Shown here: positions 28,020 through 37,667 of the stretch, piece by piece
How the letters are laid out: each line of letters begins with the position of its first letter
Numbering within the stretch: position 1 is the first letter of the stretch
Assembly: GCA_964462145.1 (NCBI GenBank)
Contig: CAYWYB010000002.1
Span: 1-47,979 of the forward strand
Direction: 5' to 3'
Length of the DNA: 47,979 nucleotides
From: an uncultured Rhodospirillaceae bacterium
GTDB lineage: Bacteria > Pseudomonadota > Alphaproteobacteria > GCA-2731375
Translations under genes and position numbers: made by a program
Notes under the pieces: model-generated
What the model saw: only the letters and a program-made list of their open reading frames with translations
Database searches by the model: none
What the model was told of the DNA's origin: nothing

Positions 28020-28072
28020 CCCTTCGCAAGGGAGAGGCCGTGTGTTCAAATCACACTGCGGGAACCATTTTC
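28020..28072 (+). repeat. Degenerate direct repeat of the tRNA-Thr 3' half (putative attR scar / tRNA fragment)
   Basis: Positions 28020-28071 align without gaps to 17780-17831, from the anticodon stem through CCA and a few nt beyond, at 46 of 52 identities. There is no matching acceptor 5' strand or D arm upstream. Confidence 0.8.
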
Positions 28073-28090
28073 TGCCACTGGACCGCTGCC

Positions 28091-30763
28091 TTACATGGCT
28101 GAATTCTGCGGCAGGCTGAGGCGGAAATAGCTGCTGTCATCGTGATTGAATTCTATCGTCAGGTCGCCGTTCATGGCACGCATGATCGCGCGGCTGATGG
28201 GCAATCCCAGGCCGGCGCCATAGATCAAATCCGTTTGATTGCCCCTGGCAAATTTTTCAAATACCCTGCTGGCGTTCTCGCGGCTGACGCCGCCGCCGTT
28301 ATCAGCCACGTCAATCCGGACAACGCCGGCGAATAAGTCGGTTCGAACAATAATTTTCGGCGCCTCCGCGTCGTTATATTTGACGGCATTGGAAAGGATG
28401 TTGATCAGAACCTGATGCAGCCGGTCCGTATCGGCCAATACGCTTGGGTTGCCCAGACCAGGCAGGAAACTGACATCAATCCCCTGGCTCTGGGTCATGC
28501 CGGAGACCGTATCCAGGGCCGAGGTAATCGCCTTTTCGACCCGCACCGGCGCCAGTTTCAGGTTGCTGCTGCCGCCTTCCAGGCGGTTGAGATCAAGGAT
28601 CTCGTCCAACAGACGGGTGAGGCGGATACTTTCATCGTTGATAATCGACACGTAGTGCTCCCGTCTGACCGGGTCGATCCGGTCATCGCCCATCAGGATC
28701 TCGGAGAATGAGCGAATGGAAGTCATGGGCGTGCGCAGTTCGTGGCTGACCTGGGTGAGGAATTCATCCTTTTGCACATCGACGGCGCGCAGGCGCTCGT
28801 TTACGTCGCGGAGCTGGTGGGCGGTTTGTTCAAGCTCCTCGGATTTTTCCGCCAACTGCCGCGACGTTTCAATCAACTGCAGGGTTTCATCGGCAATATC
28901 GATCAGTTCCGTCATCCCGACAGTTTGCCGGCCGGCAATGCGGGTCACCATGGCGTGGGCGGAAGCGGCCCCGATGGAACCGGCCAACTCGCGCTCCAGC
29001 CGGGCAATAACGGCGTCGGTGGCATGGGGCAGGCCGTCGCCCTGACCTTGCTGCCGCGCCATTTCATCAAACAGCCGGCTGGCGGGACCACCGCCCAATA
29101 TGCGCTGGGCAAGGACGAATAGATCTTCGGTACTGGCCTCGCTGGTGGTCAGGCCCGAAGGGGCGCCGCCGGCAGAGCGATAAACATCAACGAACAGAGT
29201 GCCCTGAAGGCGTTCCAGCACGTCCCGGTCGGTCAATAGGGAAACGATAACAAACGCGAATGCATTGCCCCCGACACTCCAGACCACCGCGTGAACCAGG
29301 GGATCCAGCGATGACAGGCCGAGCAGCGTTTGCGGCCGCAAGGCGGCGATGCCCCACGGTCCATGTTCGATCGACGCCGCGCTCAAGATAAAGTCGCCGC
29401 CGAAACTGGGCAGGAAAAGCGTGTAGGCCCAAAGCACAAAGCCAATCAGCAGACCCGTGATGGCGCCGGCCCGCGTCGCGCCGCGCCAAAAGATGCCCCC
29501 CAGCAGACTGGGCAGAAACTGCGCCACGCCGACAAAGGCGATCAAGCCGATCGCGGCCAGGGCATCGGAGCCGCCGCTAATGCGAAAGTAAAAGAACCCC
29601 AGCGCCAATATCACGGCAATGCTGATCCGCCGCGAGATCAGCAACAGCCGTCGCACATCGCCGCTGACCGCGCGGCTGGAGGCCGACAGGGACAGCGATA
29701 TGGGCATGACGATATGGTTTGAAACCATGGTCGACGTCGCGATGGCGGCGACGATGACCATGGACGTGGCCGAGGAAAAGCCGCCAAGATAGGCCAACAA
29801 GGCAAGCTCGTGGCGCTCCTCGGCCAGCGGCAGGGTCAGCACGAACAGATCAGGGTTCGAGCCTTCGGGCATGACCTGCAAGCCGACCAGGGCAATCGGC
29901 ACGATGAACAGGCACATGCCGAACAGATACAGCGGAAACAGCCAGGATGCGGTGGCCAGATGGCGCTCCTCGATGTTTTCCACCACCGTGACCTGGAACT
30001 GCCGCGGCAGACAGATGATCGCCGTCGCGGAAAGAAATGTCAGGGCAACCCAACGGGGACCGAAAATATCATTCGCGCCCTGCAATTGCTCGATAGGGAC
30101 ATCGGCAAAAACCTGGCCAAGCCCGCCCGCTACTTCAAAGGTGGCATAAACGCCGACCGCAATCAGGGCGACCAGTTTGACAATGGCCTCGAACGCAATC
30201 GCGGCCACGACGCCGTGATGACGCTCGTTTGCGTCCAGGTTGCGGGTACCAAAAATAATCGTGAACAACGCCATGCCGGCCGCGATCCAAAATGCCGTGG
30301 TCGCCGCATCCGCTTCCTGCGCGATGACCTGATAGGAAGACGTCACCGACTGCAGTTGCAGGGCAATATAAGGCGTGGTGGCCATCACCGCGATGACGGT
30401 GACAATAACGGCGAGGCTAGGGCTTTTGCCGTAGCGCGAGGAGATCAAATCCGCGATGGACGTTATGCGGTGGGCCCGCCCGATACGGACCAATTTGCGC
30501 AGCAACCACCACCAACCGATAAAGACCAGCGTTGGCCCCAAATAGATCGTAAAAAATTCCAGGCCATTCCGGGCCGCCGAGCCCACGGCACCGTAAAAGG
30601 TCCAAGAGGTACAGTAGACCGAGATCGATAATGTATAGATGACCGGAGACTGCAGCCAGCGAATGGGCCGGCGCCGGGTTCGCCGGTCAACCACGAACGC
30701 GATGGCGAACAACAGACCGACGTAGCCGAGGCAAACCCCCAGAATTGTGTTTACGGATAACAT
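28091..30763 (-). CDS. Sensor histidine kinase with an N-terminal sodium:solute symporter (SSF/SLC5) domain (890 aa, CbrA/CrbS-like architecture, no receiver)
   Basis: About 500 aa of multi-TM symporter-like sequence, then a coiled-coil region, the H-box SHELRTPMTSI, and HATPase N/G boxes (NAVKYN, DNGGG, GLGL). Confidence 0.9.
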   Translation of the reverse strand: MLSVNTILGVCLGYVGLLFAIAFVVDRRTRRRPIRWLQSPVIYTLSISVYCTSWTFYGAVGSAARNGLEFFTIYLGPTLVFIGWWWLLRKLVRIGRAHRITSIADLISSRYGKSPSLAVIVTVIAVMATTPYIALQLQSVTSSYQVIAQEADAATTAFWIAAGMALFTIIFGTRNLDANERHHGVVAAIAFEAIVKLVALIAVGVYATFEVAGGLGQVFADVPIEQLQGANDIFGPRWVALTFLSATAIICLPRQFQVTVVENIEERHLATASWLFPLYLFGMCLFIVPIALVGLQVMPEGSNPDLFVLTLPLAEERHELALLAYLGGFSSATSMVIVAAIATSTMVSNHIVMPISLSLSASSRAVSGDVRRLLLISRRISIAVILALGFFYFRISGGSDALAAIGLIAFVGVAQFLPSLLGGIFWRGATRAGAITGLLIGFVLWAYTLFLPSFGGDFILSAASIEHGPWGIAALRPQTLLGLSSLDPLVHAVVWSVGGNAFAFVIVSLLTDRDVLERLQGTLFVDVYRSAGGAPSGLTTSEASTEDLFVLAQRILGGGPASRLFDEMARQQGQGDGLPHATDAVIARLERELAGSIGAASAHAMVTRIAGRQTVGMTELIDIADETLQLIETSRQLAEKSEELEQTAHQLRDVNERLRAVDVQKDEFLTQVSHELRTPMTSIRSFSEILMGDDRIDPVRREHYVSIINDESIRLTRLLDEILDLNRLEGGSSNLKLAPVRVEKAITSALDTVSGMTQSQGIDVSFLPGLGNPSVLADTDRLHQVLINILSNAVKYNDAEAPKIIVRTDLFAGVVRIDVADNGGGVSRENASRVFEKFARGNQTDLIYGAGLGLPISRAIMRAMNGDLTIEFNHDDSSYFRLSLPQNSAM

Positions 30764-31029
30764 CAGGTAATCGTTGGCCCGTCTTCGTTTGGCTTCACGG
30801 TTCGGTCGCCGTCGCGAAGCGGTCGCGCCAGCATGGCGGTTCCCGCGATCAACAGGGCCCAGACAACAAATACATAGAGCAGCGGCAGGGGCACGCCGGC
30901 GATCTTGGCGTCGATCAAGGATATCCCCGCGATCGGCGGCAACAGCACCCCGACGCCGAGCAATAGCAGCGCCAACGAACGGCGCCTGGCCTTGCGCGGC
31001 GCATCAAAGGCACCATCGTTTCTTTTCAT
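30763..31029 (-). CDS. Small two-TM membrane protein translationally coupled to the SSF-kinase (88 aa)
   Basis: It has two hydrophobic helices. Its TGA shares one nucleotide with the kinase ATG (TGATG at 30761-30765). Confidence 0.55.
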   Translation of the reverse strand: MKRNDGAFDAPRKARRRSLALLLLGVGVLLPPIAGISLIDAKIAGVPLPLLYVFVVWALLIAGTAMLARPLRDGDRTVKPNEDGPTIT

Positions 31030-31059
31030 GACAATGCGCTCATGACAAAGGCGCCGCCC

Positions 31060-31449
31060 CTATGACGGCCGACCGGCGGCCAGCGTCTTTACCGCATCGG
31101 TGATGTCGGAATTGGAAAATGGCTTTGTGATGAACAAATCAGCGCCAAGGTCGAAAGCCGTCTGCCGGTCTTCCGCCTGGCCTTTCGCGGTCAGCATAAG
31201 AATGGGCAAGTGTTCTGTCCGGCTGTCGGCCCGTAATTGGCGCAGAATTTCGTAACCGTCCAAACCCGGCAGCATGACATCAAGAATGAGAACATCAGGC
31301 GGTTCCAGCCGCGCTGACTCCAGCGCCTTTCTGCCGTCCGTCTCCACGGCAATGGAAAATCCGGCCCGCTCGAGAAGATAACTCAAGGATTCAACAATGT
31401 TAGGCTCATCCTCGGCGAGCAATACACGTTTTGACATCTTCGGGCGCAC
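31060..31449 (-). CDS. Stand-alone receiver-domain response regulator (CheY-like, about 125 aa)
   Basis: It has LLAEDEP...ILDVMLPGLDG...MLTAKG motifs and no output domain. The start is either the GTG at 31449 or the ATG at 31437. Confidence 0.85.
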   Translation of the reverse strand: MRPKMSKRVLLAEDEPNIVESLSYLLERAGFSIAVETDGRKALESARLEPPDVLILDVMLPGLDGYEILRQLRADSRTEHLPILMLTAKGQAEDRQTAFDLGADLFITKPFSNSDITDAVKTLAAGRPS

Positions 31450-31636
31450 CCTCCCGGCGCTAGAGCATATTCCTAATTAATTATGTCCAGACTCTTAAAA
31501 TAAGAGCAATTCAAGCAACCACTTTGCATCGCGCGGGCGACGCCAAATTATTGAAAACTGCTCTACCAATGTGCCTCTCCATGCGGCGGAGCCGATTAGA
31601 AGGCATATGACAAGTTGCCGCAATCCTGTTTTACCA

Positions 31637-33031
31637 TCATTCGGAGAAAGGGTCTTCAACACGATGCGCGCAGGTCGTACGCGGACACAGCCGGCAGCTG
31701 GGGCCAACTTCCTCGACAGGCACAGATGGATCGGGGGAATACACCGTCAGCTGCGCGTCATCTTCCCGCATCGCAATCATATCGGTTAGATAATGCCGCG
31801 GCTTGCCAAAGCCCGTTGGCCCTTGATTGCGGGCCCGCGCCACGAAGACAAACCGCGCGCCCGACGGGAACAAGGCCCGTTGCCGAATGACCGCTTCGGG
31901 GGATTGCTGGGCCCGGTACAAGACCCAGAGCGGGCAGGCAGCGGCATAACGGGGCACGGCCAAGCCATCAAGCTTCAGCATCTCGATGATGGTACCGGCG
32001 GCGTTAGCCCTGAGGTAGCCGAACCTAGGCAGGCCGGCCTGACGCGGCAGGGCGGTCAGGCGGTGGCAGACGGCATCGACTTCCACCGAGAACGCCTCGG
32101 CCAGGGCTTCTATGTCATAGCGCAATTCACTTGCCCGCCGTGTAAAGACCGGCATCGGCATCAGGATCGCGCCCACGGCATAGTTCGCCAAGGATTGCCG
32201 GGCCCGCGTATGCGCCGCCGATGTATTGACCAGGCTGTGTCCATGCACGATGCCGCCGATGGTATCGCCGAAATGTTCCTTGGCGATCACATCCGCCTTT
32301 TGCCGGCGCGAAATGGGATGGGGTTCCGTCAACAGATCGTGCAGGCCGCCCGCACTTTTTTCGATCTGATCGAAATGGTTTTCGTTGGCATCGAATAGGG
32401 CTTCGACCTCATCCAATGGGGTAAGAACGCGATCGGCATCTTCCGCCTTGTCCAAATAGGCGGCCAATGCCTCGGCCACATCCGAGAGAGCGCGCACCTC
32501 CTCGTCAATGATCTGATCGAACCGGTCCCGGCGGTCGGGCGCGATATCGGGATACTCTATGAGGATTTCCACCGCCGATCTGACGGCCGCGATGCGCGAG
32601 AGCATGCGATGGATCGTTTCACTGAGAAAAGGATCGTTAGATAACCGGTCCGACAGGGTCTCGGCCCTTGATATGGCTTCCTGCTCGGACCGCGCCAGGG
32701 CGGCGACCCCTCTGGCCCAGCCCGGAAACCGGCCGATAAATTCGCTGCTGCGCGGTTCCTCAATATCCAGGGATTGCAGGCTCGGCAAACGGGCGATTTC
32801 GGTCAGCGCATCCAGCAACCGTCCTTCCGACGCACTCGCAAGATTATCAATCGACAGGCCCAGGGCCTCGGCCGTCTTGCGCAACAACGTTCCCGCGATG
32901 CGGCGCTTATTCCATTCGATGAGATTGAGATAGGAGGGTGAGATGCCGATCTTTTGGGCAAGCTCGACCTGGGTAATTCCCACTTCGCGCCGGCGCTGGC
33001 GTATACGCGGCCCCAGAATGGTATCCGCCAT
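31637..33031 (-). CDS. XRE-HTH / ImmA-IrrE-like (DUF955) / DUF2083 regulator of the short-chain acyl-CoA responsive ScfR family (RamB/PrpR/PccR-like)
   Basis: N-terminal HTH (LGPRIRQRRREVGITQVELAQKIGISPSYLNLIEWNKR), 464 aa in length, and a C-terminal Cys cluster (AACPLW...CRLCPRTTCAHR) as in the Fe-S/CoA-binding RamB/PrpR group. Confidence 0.75.
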   Translation of the reverse strand: MADTILGPRIRQRRREVGITQVELAQKIGISPSYLNLIEWNKRRIAGTLLRKTAEALGLSIDNLASASEGRLLDALTEIARLPSLQSLDIEEPRSSEFIGRFPGWARGVAALARSEQEAISRAETLSDRLSNDPFLSETIHRMLSRIAAVRSAVEILIEYPDIAPDRRDRFDQIIDEEVRALSDVAEALAAYLDKAEDADRVLTPLDEVEALFDANENHFDQIEKSAGGLHDLLTEPHPISRRQKADVIAKEHFGDTIGGIVHGHSLVNTSAAHTRARQSLANYAVGAILMPMPVFTRRASELRYDIEALAEAFSVEVDAVCHRLTALPRQAGLPRFGYLRANAAGTIIEMLKLDGLAVPRYAAACPLWVLYRAQQSPEAVIRQRALFPSGARFVFVARARNQGPTGFGKPRHYLTDMIAMREDDAQLTVYSPDPSVPVEEVGPSCRLCPRTTCAHRVEDPFSE

Positions 33032-33066
33032 TAATAATTACCTTCTCAATATCAACGACTTGACTG

Positions 33067-33093
33067 CCTATTTGTCAATCTTTGACAAATAGG
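33067..33093. promoter_or_regulatory. 27-bp palindrome CCTATTTGTCAA-TCT-TTGACAAATAGG, a candidate operator of the ScfR-type regulator
   Basis: Perfect 12-bp arms, located 36 nt upstream of the regulator ATG in the divergent gap to the ABC transporter. A third related copy (CTATTTCACAA) lies at 33151-33161, next to the inverted repeat AGTCAAT-N5-ATTGACT (33134-33152). Confidence 0.6.
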
Positions 33094-33284
33094 CTTAGAT
33101 ATTATCGAAATAATTTACAAAATATTCGAATAAAGTCAATGAGTTATTGACTATTTCACAAAACTCTCCCACCGTAGCTAAAGGATGAAACATGCGTCCT
33201 CGGGTCGAAAAGGCGTCGCAAAAGAAGCTGAAGACGCGGGCGTTTCGATCCCATTTTGCTCATCGCACTCAGGGAGACAACATA

Positions 33285-34625
33285 ATGAGTAAGTTCGAAA
33301 TTAGCCGTCGGGGTCTGCTGAAAAACTCGACGATCGTAGCCTCGGGCCTGGCCATGCCGACGATTTTGACCAGCAAGGCCTGGGCCGCGGGCTACACCAA
33401 TGAACCAAAGGGCGGCACGGTCACTTTCGGTTTCAATGTACCCCAGACCGGGGCCTACGCGGACGAGGGCGCCGACGAATTGCGCGCCTATCAGCTCGCC
33501 GTTGAGCATATCAACGGCGGCGGCGACGGCGGCATGCTGAACACCTTCAGCTCCAAGGCCTTGAAGGGCAACGGCGTCAACGGCAAGAAGGTCGTGTTCG
33601 TGACCGGCGACACCCAGACCAAGTCCGATGCGGCGCGGGCCAGCGCCAAGCGCATGATTGAAAAAGACGGCGCCATCATGATTACCGGCGGTTCGTCCTC
33701 GGGCGTGGCCATCGCGGTGCAGGGCCTGTGCCAGGATGCGGGCGTGATTTTCATGGCCGGCCTGACCCATTCCAATGACACCACCGGCAAGGACAAGCGG
33801 GCCAACGGTTTCCGTCACTTCTTCAACACCGAGATGTCCGGCGCCGCGCTGGGTCCCGTGCTGAAGAATGCCTTCGGCAGCCAACGCACTGCCTATCATC
33901 TGACCGCCGATTACACCTGGGGCTGGTCCCAGGAAGGCTCCATCAAGAAATATACCGAAGCCATGGGCTGGAAGACCGCCGCCGCGGTACGGACGCCGCT
34001 GGGCGCCGGTGATTTCTCGCAGTACATCACGCCAGTGCTGAATTCCGGCGCCGATGTTTTGGTGCTGAACCACTATGGCCGCGATATGGTCAATTCCCTG
34101 ACCCAGGCGGTGCAGTTCGGTCTGCGCGACAAGCAGGTCAACGGCAAGGATTTCGCCATTGTCGTGCCGCTGTACAGCCGTTTGATGGCGCAGGGCGCGG
34201 GCGAGAACGTTAAGGGCATTTTCGGCTCCACCAACTGGCATTGGTCACTGCAGGATGCCGGCTCCAAGGCCTTCGTTAAATCCTTTGGGCAAAAATACGG
34301 CTTCCCGCCCAGCCAGGCCGCGCACACCACTTATTGCCAGGCCATCCTGTACGCGGATGCCTGCCAGCGGGCCGGGACCTTCAGGCCTGACGGCGTGGGC
34401 GCCGCCCTCGAAGGCTTCAAATTCGATGGCTTGGGCAACGGCCCGACGGAATACCGTGCCGACGATCACCAATGCTTCAAGGATGTGTTGGTCGTGAAGG
34501 GCAAGGAAAATCCGGCGTCCAAGTTCGACGTTCTCGAAGTCGTCGAAGTCACGCCGCGGGCACAGGTCGAATACCAGGCCTCCATGCTCGGCGGTGAATT
34601 GGGTCCGTATAACAACGGCACCTAA
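33285..34625 (+). CDS. ABC transporter periplasmic substrate-binding protein (LIV / type-1 PBP family) with a TAT-like signal
   Basis: It begins MSKFEISRRGLLK...AWA (signal) and continues with a LivK-like fold. An AGGGAG Shine-Dalgarno sequence precedes the ATG at 33285. Confidence 0.9.
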   Translation: MSKFEISRRGLLKNSTIVASGLAMPTILTSKAWAAGYTNEPKGGTVTFGFNVPQTGAYADEGADELRAYQLAVEHINGGGDGGMLNTFSSKALKGNGVNGKKVVFVTGDTQTKSDAARASAKRMIEKDGAIMITGGSSSGVAIAVQGLCQDAGVIFMAGLTHSNDTTGKDKRANGFRHFFNTEMSGAALGPVLKNAFGSQRTAYHLTADYTWGWSQEGSIKKYTEAMGWKTAAAVRTPLGAGDFSQYITPVLNSGADVLVLNHYGRDMVNSLTQAVQFGLRDKQVNGKDFAIVVPLYSRLMAQGAGENVKGIFGSTNWHWSLQDAGSKAFVKSFGQKYGFPPSQAAHTTYCQAILYADACQRAGTFRPDGVGAALEGFKFDGLGNGPTEYRADDHQCFKDVLVVKGKENPASKFDVLEVVEVTPRAQVEYQASMLGGELGPYNNGT

Positions 34626-34708
34626 TACGCAACGTCCTGTCAATTCACCGGTCGCTCCGTTAACTACAAGCAACGGAGCGACCGGATTTTTTCCAAAGCG
34701 GTAAGGCA

Positions 34709-35737
34709 ATGGACGCTATCTTTCTGCAAATTCTCAATGGCCTCGACAAGGGTGGCGCCTATGCGCTGATCGCCCTGGGCCTGACCATAATCTTTGGCGC
34801 CTTGGGCGTGGTGAATTTCGCCCACGGTGCATTGTTCATGCTGGGGGCATTCTGTGCCGTTTCGGTGAAGGCGGTCCTGAGCCTTGAAATGGTTACCCTG
34901 GACCCTCTGAAAAAGACGGCCTGGGGCACGCCGATGGAAATCAGGCAGCCGTATATCGAAGCCTGGTTCGGTGATCTTGGCGCCACCATGCTGAATTTCG
35001 CCGTGCCTATATCGCTGCTTATTGCCATTCCCATCATGCTGCTGCTTGGCATTGCCATGGAGCGCGGCCTGATACGTTTCTTTTATAAACGGCCCCATGC
35101 CGAACAGATCCTGGTGACGTTCGGTCTGGCGATTGTCCTGCAAGAAATCGTTAAAAGCATTTTCGGCGCCAACCCGATTCCCCAACCCGCCCCCGATGTC
35201 GCGAAAGGAATGATCGATTTTGGCATTCTGGTTGGATTTGAAGCGGGCAACGTCGTCTACCCCGCCTGGCGCCTGATCTATTTCCTGTTTTCAGGCGTCT
35301 TGATCGCGGCTGTATTTGCCTTCCTGCAATTCACCACATTCGGCATGGTCGTACGGGCGGGCATGGCGGACCGGGAAACCGTCGGCCTGCTGGGCATCGA
35401 CATCGACCGGCGCTTTACCATTGTATTCGGCATGGCGGCCATCGTCGCCGGCCTGGCCGGCGCCATGTACACCCCGATACTCAGCCCGGACTATCACATG
35501 GGAATGGATTTTCTGGTCCTGAGTTTCGTCGTCGTCGTGGTGGGCGGCATGGGCTCACTTGGCGGCGCGGTCGCGGCCGGCTTCCTGTTGGGTATCCTGC
35601 AAAGCTTCGCCTCCATGAACGAGGTAAAAGACATCTTCCCCGGAATTGACCAGATCATCATTTATTTGATTGCCGTCATCATTCTTTTGGTACGGCCGCG
35701 CGGTCTGATGGGCCGCAAAGGCGTCATGGAGTCCTGA
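34709..35737 (+). CDS. Branched-chain amino acid-type ABC permease (LivH family)
   Basis: N-terminus ILNGLDKGGAYALIALGLTIIFG and a multi-TM profile, with an unusually long periplasmic insert after TM2. Confidence 0.9.
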   Translation: MDAIFLQILNGLDKGGAYALIALGLTIIFGALGVVNFAHGALFMLGAFCAVSVKAVLSLEMVTLDPLKKTAWGTPMEIRQPYIEAWFGDLGATMLNFAVPISLLIAIPIMLLLGIAMERGLIRFFYKRPHAEQILVTFGLAIVLQEIVKSIFGANPIPQPAPDVAKGMIDFGILVGFEAGNVVYPAWRLIYFLFSGVLIAAVFAFLQFTTFGMVVRAGMADRETVGLLGIDIDRRFTIVFGMAAIVAGLAGAMYTPILSPDYHMGMDFLVLSFVVVVVGGMGSLGGAVAAGFLLGILQSFASMNEVKDIFPGIDQIIIYLIAVIILLVRPRGLMGRKGVMES

Positions 35738-35752
35738 GTTATGCACCGAATT

Positions 35753-36901
35753 ATGAGCCAAATAACGAAACGGGCCGACATTTTCCTCCTGCTTGGATTT
35801 GCCGCCGTCATATTGGGCGCGCCGATTATTTTCGCCCCAATCGGTGCTGGCTATCCCGATCTGCTGCAGAAATTCGCGATCTTCGGTATTTTTGCCATGG
35901 GCTTCAACATTCTGTTTGGCCTGACCGGGTATCTTTCATTCGGTCACGCGGCATTCCTTGGCGTCGGTTCGTATACGGCCGTTTGGACGTTTAAGCTGTT
36001 GAGCATGAACCCATTGCCAGCGATTTTCCTGGCGGTGATCGTTGGCGGACTGTTCTCTGCCGTGATCGGGTTTATTTCTCTGCGCCGTACGGGGATCTAC
36101 TTTTCCATTCTCACCCTGGCCTTCGCGCAAATGAGCTACAACCTGGCCTACTCGGTCCTGACGCCCATCACCAATGGTGAGACCGGTTTGCAATTGAGGC
36201 AAGCGGACCCGCGCGTACTTGACGTTTTTTTCGGGCGGGATTATGGCGCGGTTCTGCCGCCATCGGACCTGTTCGGCATCTCCATGACCGGCTATCCCGG
36301 TTACTATTTTTGCGGCGTCATGATGTTCATTTGCTTCTTCATTTCCATGCGGCTGTACCGTTCCCCCTTCGGCATGATGCTGCGGGCGGTTAAGTCCAAT
36401 CAGAACCGCATGAATTACACCGGCCTGAACACAAAGCCCTACGCGCTGACGGCATTCGTAATCTCGGGCATGTATGCCGGACTGGCGGGCGGCTTGCTGG
36501 CAGTCACGGATCCGCTGGCTGGCGCGGAGCGCATGCAATGGACGGCATCGGGAGAAGTTGTCCTGATGACCATACTCGGCGGCGCCGGCACCCTGCTGGG
36601 TCCGGTGATCGGAGCTGGCGCCATCAAATATTTTGAGAATATTTTCTCGGCCTTTAACGAGGGCATATTGATGAAGGCATTCGATTTCCTGCCCGAAATG
36701 CTGCAGCATTTTCTGGTCGCGGTGTCTTCCTTGTTCGTCGGCGAAGGCTGGCATCTGACCCTTGGCGCGCTGTTCATGATCATCGTTATTTTCCTGCCCG
36801 GCGGGCTTATGGAAGGGTTCAAACGGTTGCACGATTGGCTGGGCCGCCGCGGCGGTGGCGGTGGCGCCGCTCCGGAACCTGATCCCGTCAGGGCAGCGTG
36901 A
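35753..36901 (+). CDS. Branched-chain amino acid-type ABC permease (LivM family)
   Basis: It has a [17 protein letters not shown] motif and a multi-TM profile. The start is 35741 or 35753. Confidence 0.9.
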   Translation: MSQITKRADIFLLLGFAAVILGAPIIFAPIGAGYPDLLQKFAIFGIFAMGFNILFGLTGYLSFGHAAFLGVGSYTAVWTFKLLSMNPLPAIFLAVIVGGLFSAVIGFISLRRTGIYFSILTLAFAQMSYNLAYSVLTPITNGETGLQLRQADPRVLDVFFGRDYGAVLPPSDLFGISMTGYPGYYFCGVMMFICFFISMRLYRSPFGMMLRAVKSNQNRMNYTGLNTKPYALTAFVISGMYAGLAGGLLAVTDPLAGAERMQWTASGEVVLMTILGGAGTLLGPVIGAGAIKYFENIFSAFNEGILMKAFDFLPEMLQHFLVAVSSLFVGEGWHLTLGALFMIIVIFLPGGLMEGFKRLHDWLGRRGGGGGAAPEPDPVRAA

Positions 36902-36911
36902 GGGGGCGGCC

Positions 36912-37667
36912 ATGAGCATTCTGTCTGTCAAGAACGTGAACAAACACTTCGGCGGCCTGCGCGCCCTGGACGAGGTTAATTTGGAAGTCGAAGCGGGCAC
37001 CGTTCATGCCATCATCGGGCCGAACGGCGCCGGCAAGTCCACATTGTTGAACTGTTTCGTCGGACGGCTTGAGCCCGATACGGGAACGGTAACATTCGAC
37101 GGCCAGTCGCTGCTGGGCATCCCGCCCCACAAGATCAACCAGGCTGGTGTCAGCCGGGTTTTTCAGACCCCCGAAATCTTCGGCGATCTAAGCTTGCTGG
37201 AGAATGTCATGATCCCGGCCCTAGCCAGGCGCGACGGCGCCTTCACCATCAACGCCTGGCGCGCCGTCGCGGGCGAAGCGGAATTGTTTGGGAAATCCAT
37301 GTCCATGCTTTCCGATGTTGGCCTTGAGGCAAAGGCTGGCGAAATCGCCGGGCAGCTATCCCGTGGCGACAAGCGGCGGCTAGAGCTTGCCATGTGCCTG
37401 ATACAGGAGCCAAAGCTGCTTCTGCTCGATGAGCCAACGGCCGGCATGGCCCGCGCCGACACCAATAATACGATCGAGTTGATGAAGCGGATTGCCCAAC
37501 GAGGCGTCACCATGGTGGTGATCGAACACGATATGCATGTTGTCTTTTCCCTGGCGGAAAAGATCAGCGTACTTGCGCAAGGCACGGTGATCGCGGAGGA
37601 TTGCCCGGAAAAAATCAAGGGCAATGCGAAAGTTCAGGAAGCTTATCTGGGTGGGGCCCATCTATGA
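36912..37667 (+). CDS. ABC transporter ATP-binding protein (LivG family)
   Basis: Walker A GPNGAGKST, signature LSRGDKRRLE and Walker B LLLLDEP. The ATG at 36912 follows the permease stop. Confidence 0.9.
   Translation: MSILSVKNVNKHFGGLRALDEVNLEVEAGTVHAIIGPNGAGKSTLLNCFVGRLEPDTGTVTFDGQSLLGIPPHKINQAGVSRVFQTPEIFGDLSLLENVMIPALARRDGAFTINAWRAVAGEAELFGKSMSMLSDVGLEAKAGEIAGQLSRGDKRRLELAMCLIQEPKLLLLDEPTAGMARADTNNTIELMKRIAQRGVTMVVIEHDMHVVFSLAEKISVLAQGTVIAEDCPEKIKGNAKVQEAYLGGAHL

Larger units (their letters stand above)
17828..28072 (+). mobile_element. Putative ancient, integrase-less genomic island (nitrate assimilation block) inserted at the tRNA-Thr 3' end
   Basis: It is bounded by the intact tRNA-Thr and by a same-orientation 52-nt degenerate copy of the tRNA 3' half. 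About 0.58 kb (left) and 0.5 kb (right) of AT-richer non-coding DNA form the arms. No integrase ORF was detected. Confidence 0.45.

Noticed and set aside
27992-28072. The second tRNA-like segment read as a complete tRNA gene. Its anticodon loop would read CGC (Ala).
   Set aside because: Only the anticodon arm, variable loop, T arm and acceptor 3' strand are present. The required 5' acceptor strand (TCCCGCA) and the D arm are absent upstream. It is therefore a fragment or direct repeat, not a gene.
31495-31707. A 70-aa ORF in the gap between the ScfR-type regulator and the receiver gene.
   Set aside because: It overlaps the 3' end of the regulator gene, and has no ribosome-binding site and no recognisable features.
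33156-34241. A long antisense ORF (361 aa) opposite the ABC substrate-binding gene. Similar long shadow ORFs occur at 35936-37000 (-), 15880-17016 (+), 7351-8244 (+), 21662-23002 (+), 19961-20908 (+), 44792-45853 (+) and 29810-30631 (+).
   Set aside because: Each overlaps a gene with clear family motifs on the other strand. Their translations are Arg/Gly/Ala/Pro-rich and low in complexity, with no recognisable domains, which is typical of stop-codon-poor antisense frames in high-GC DNA.
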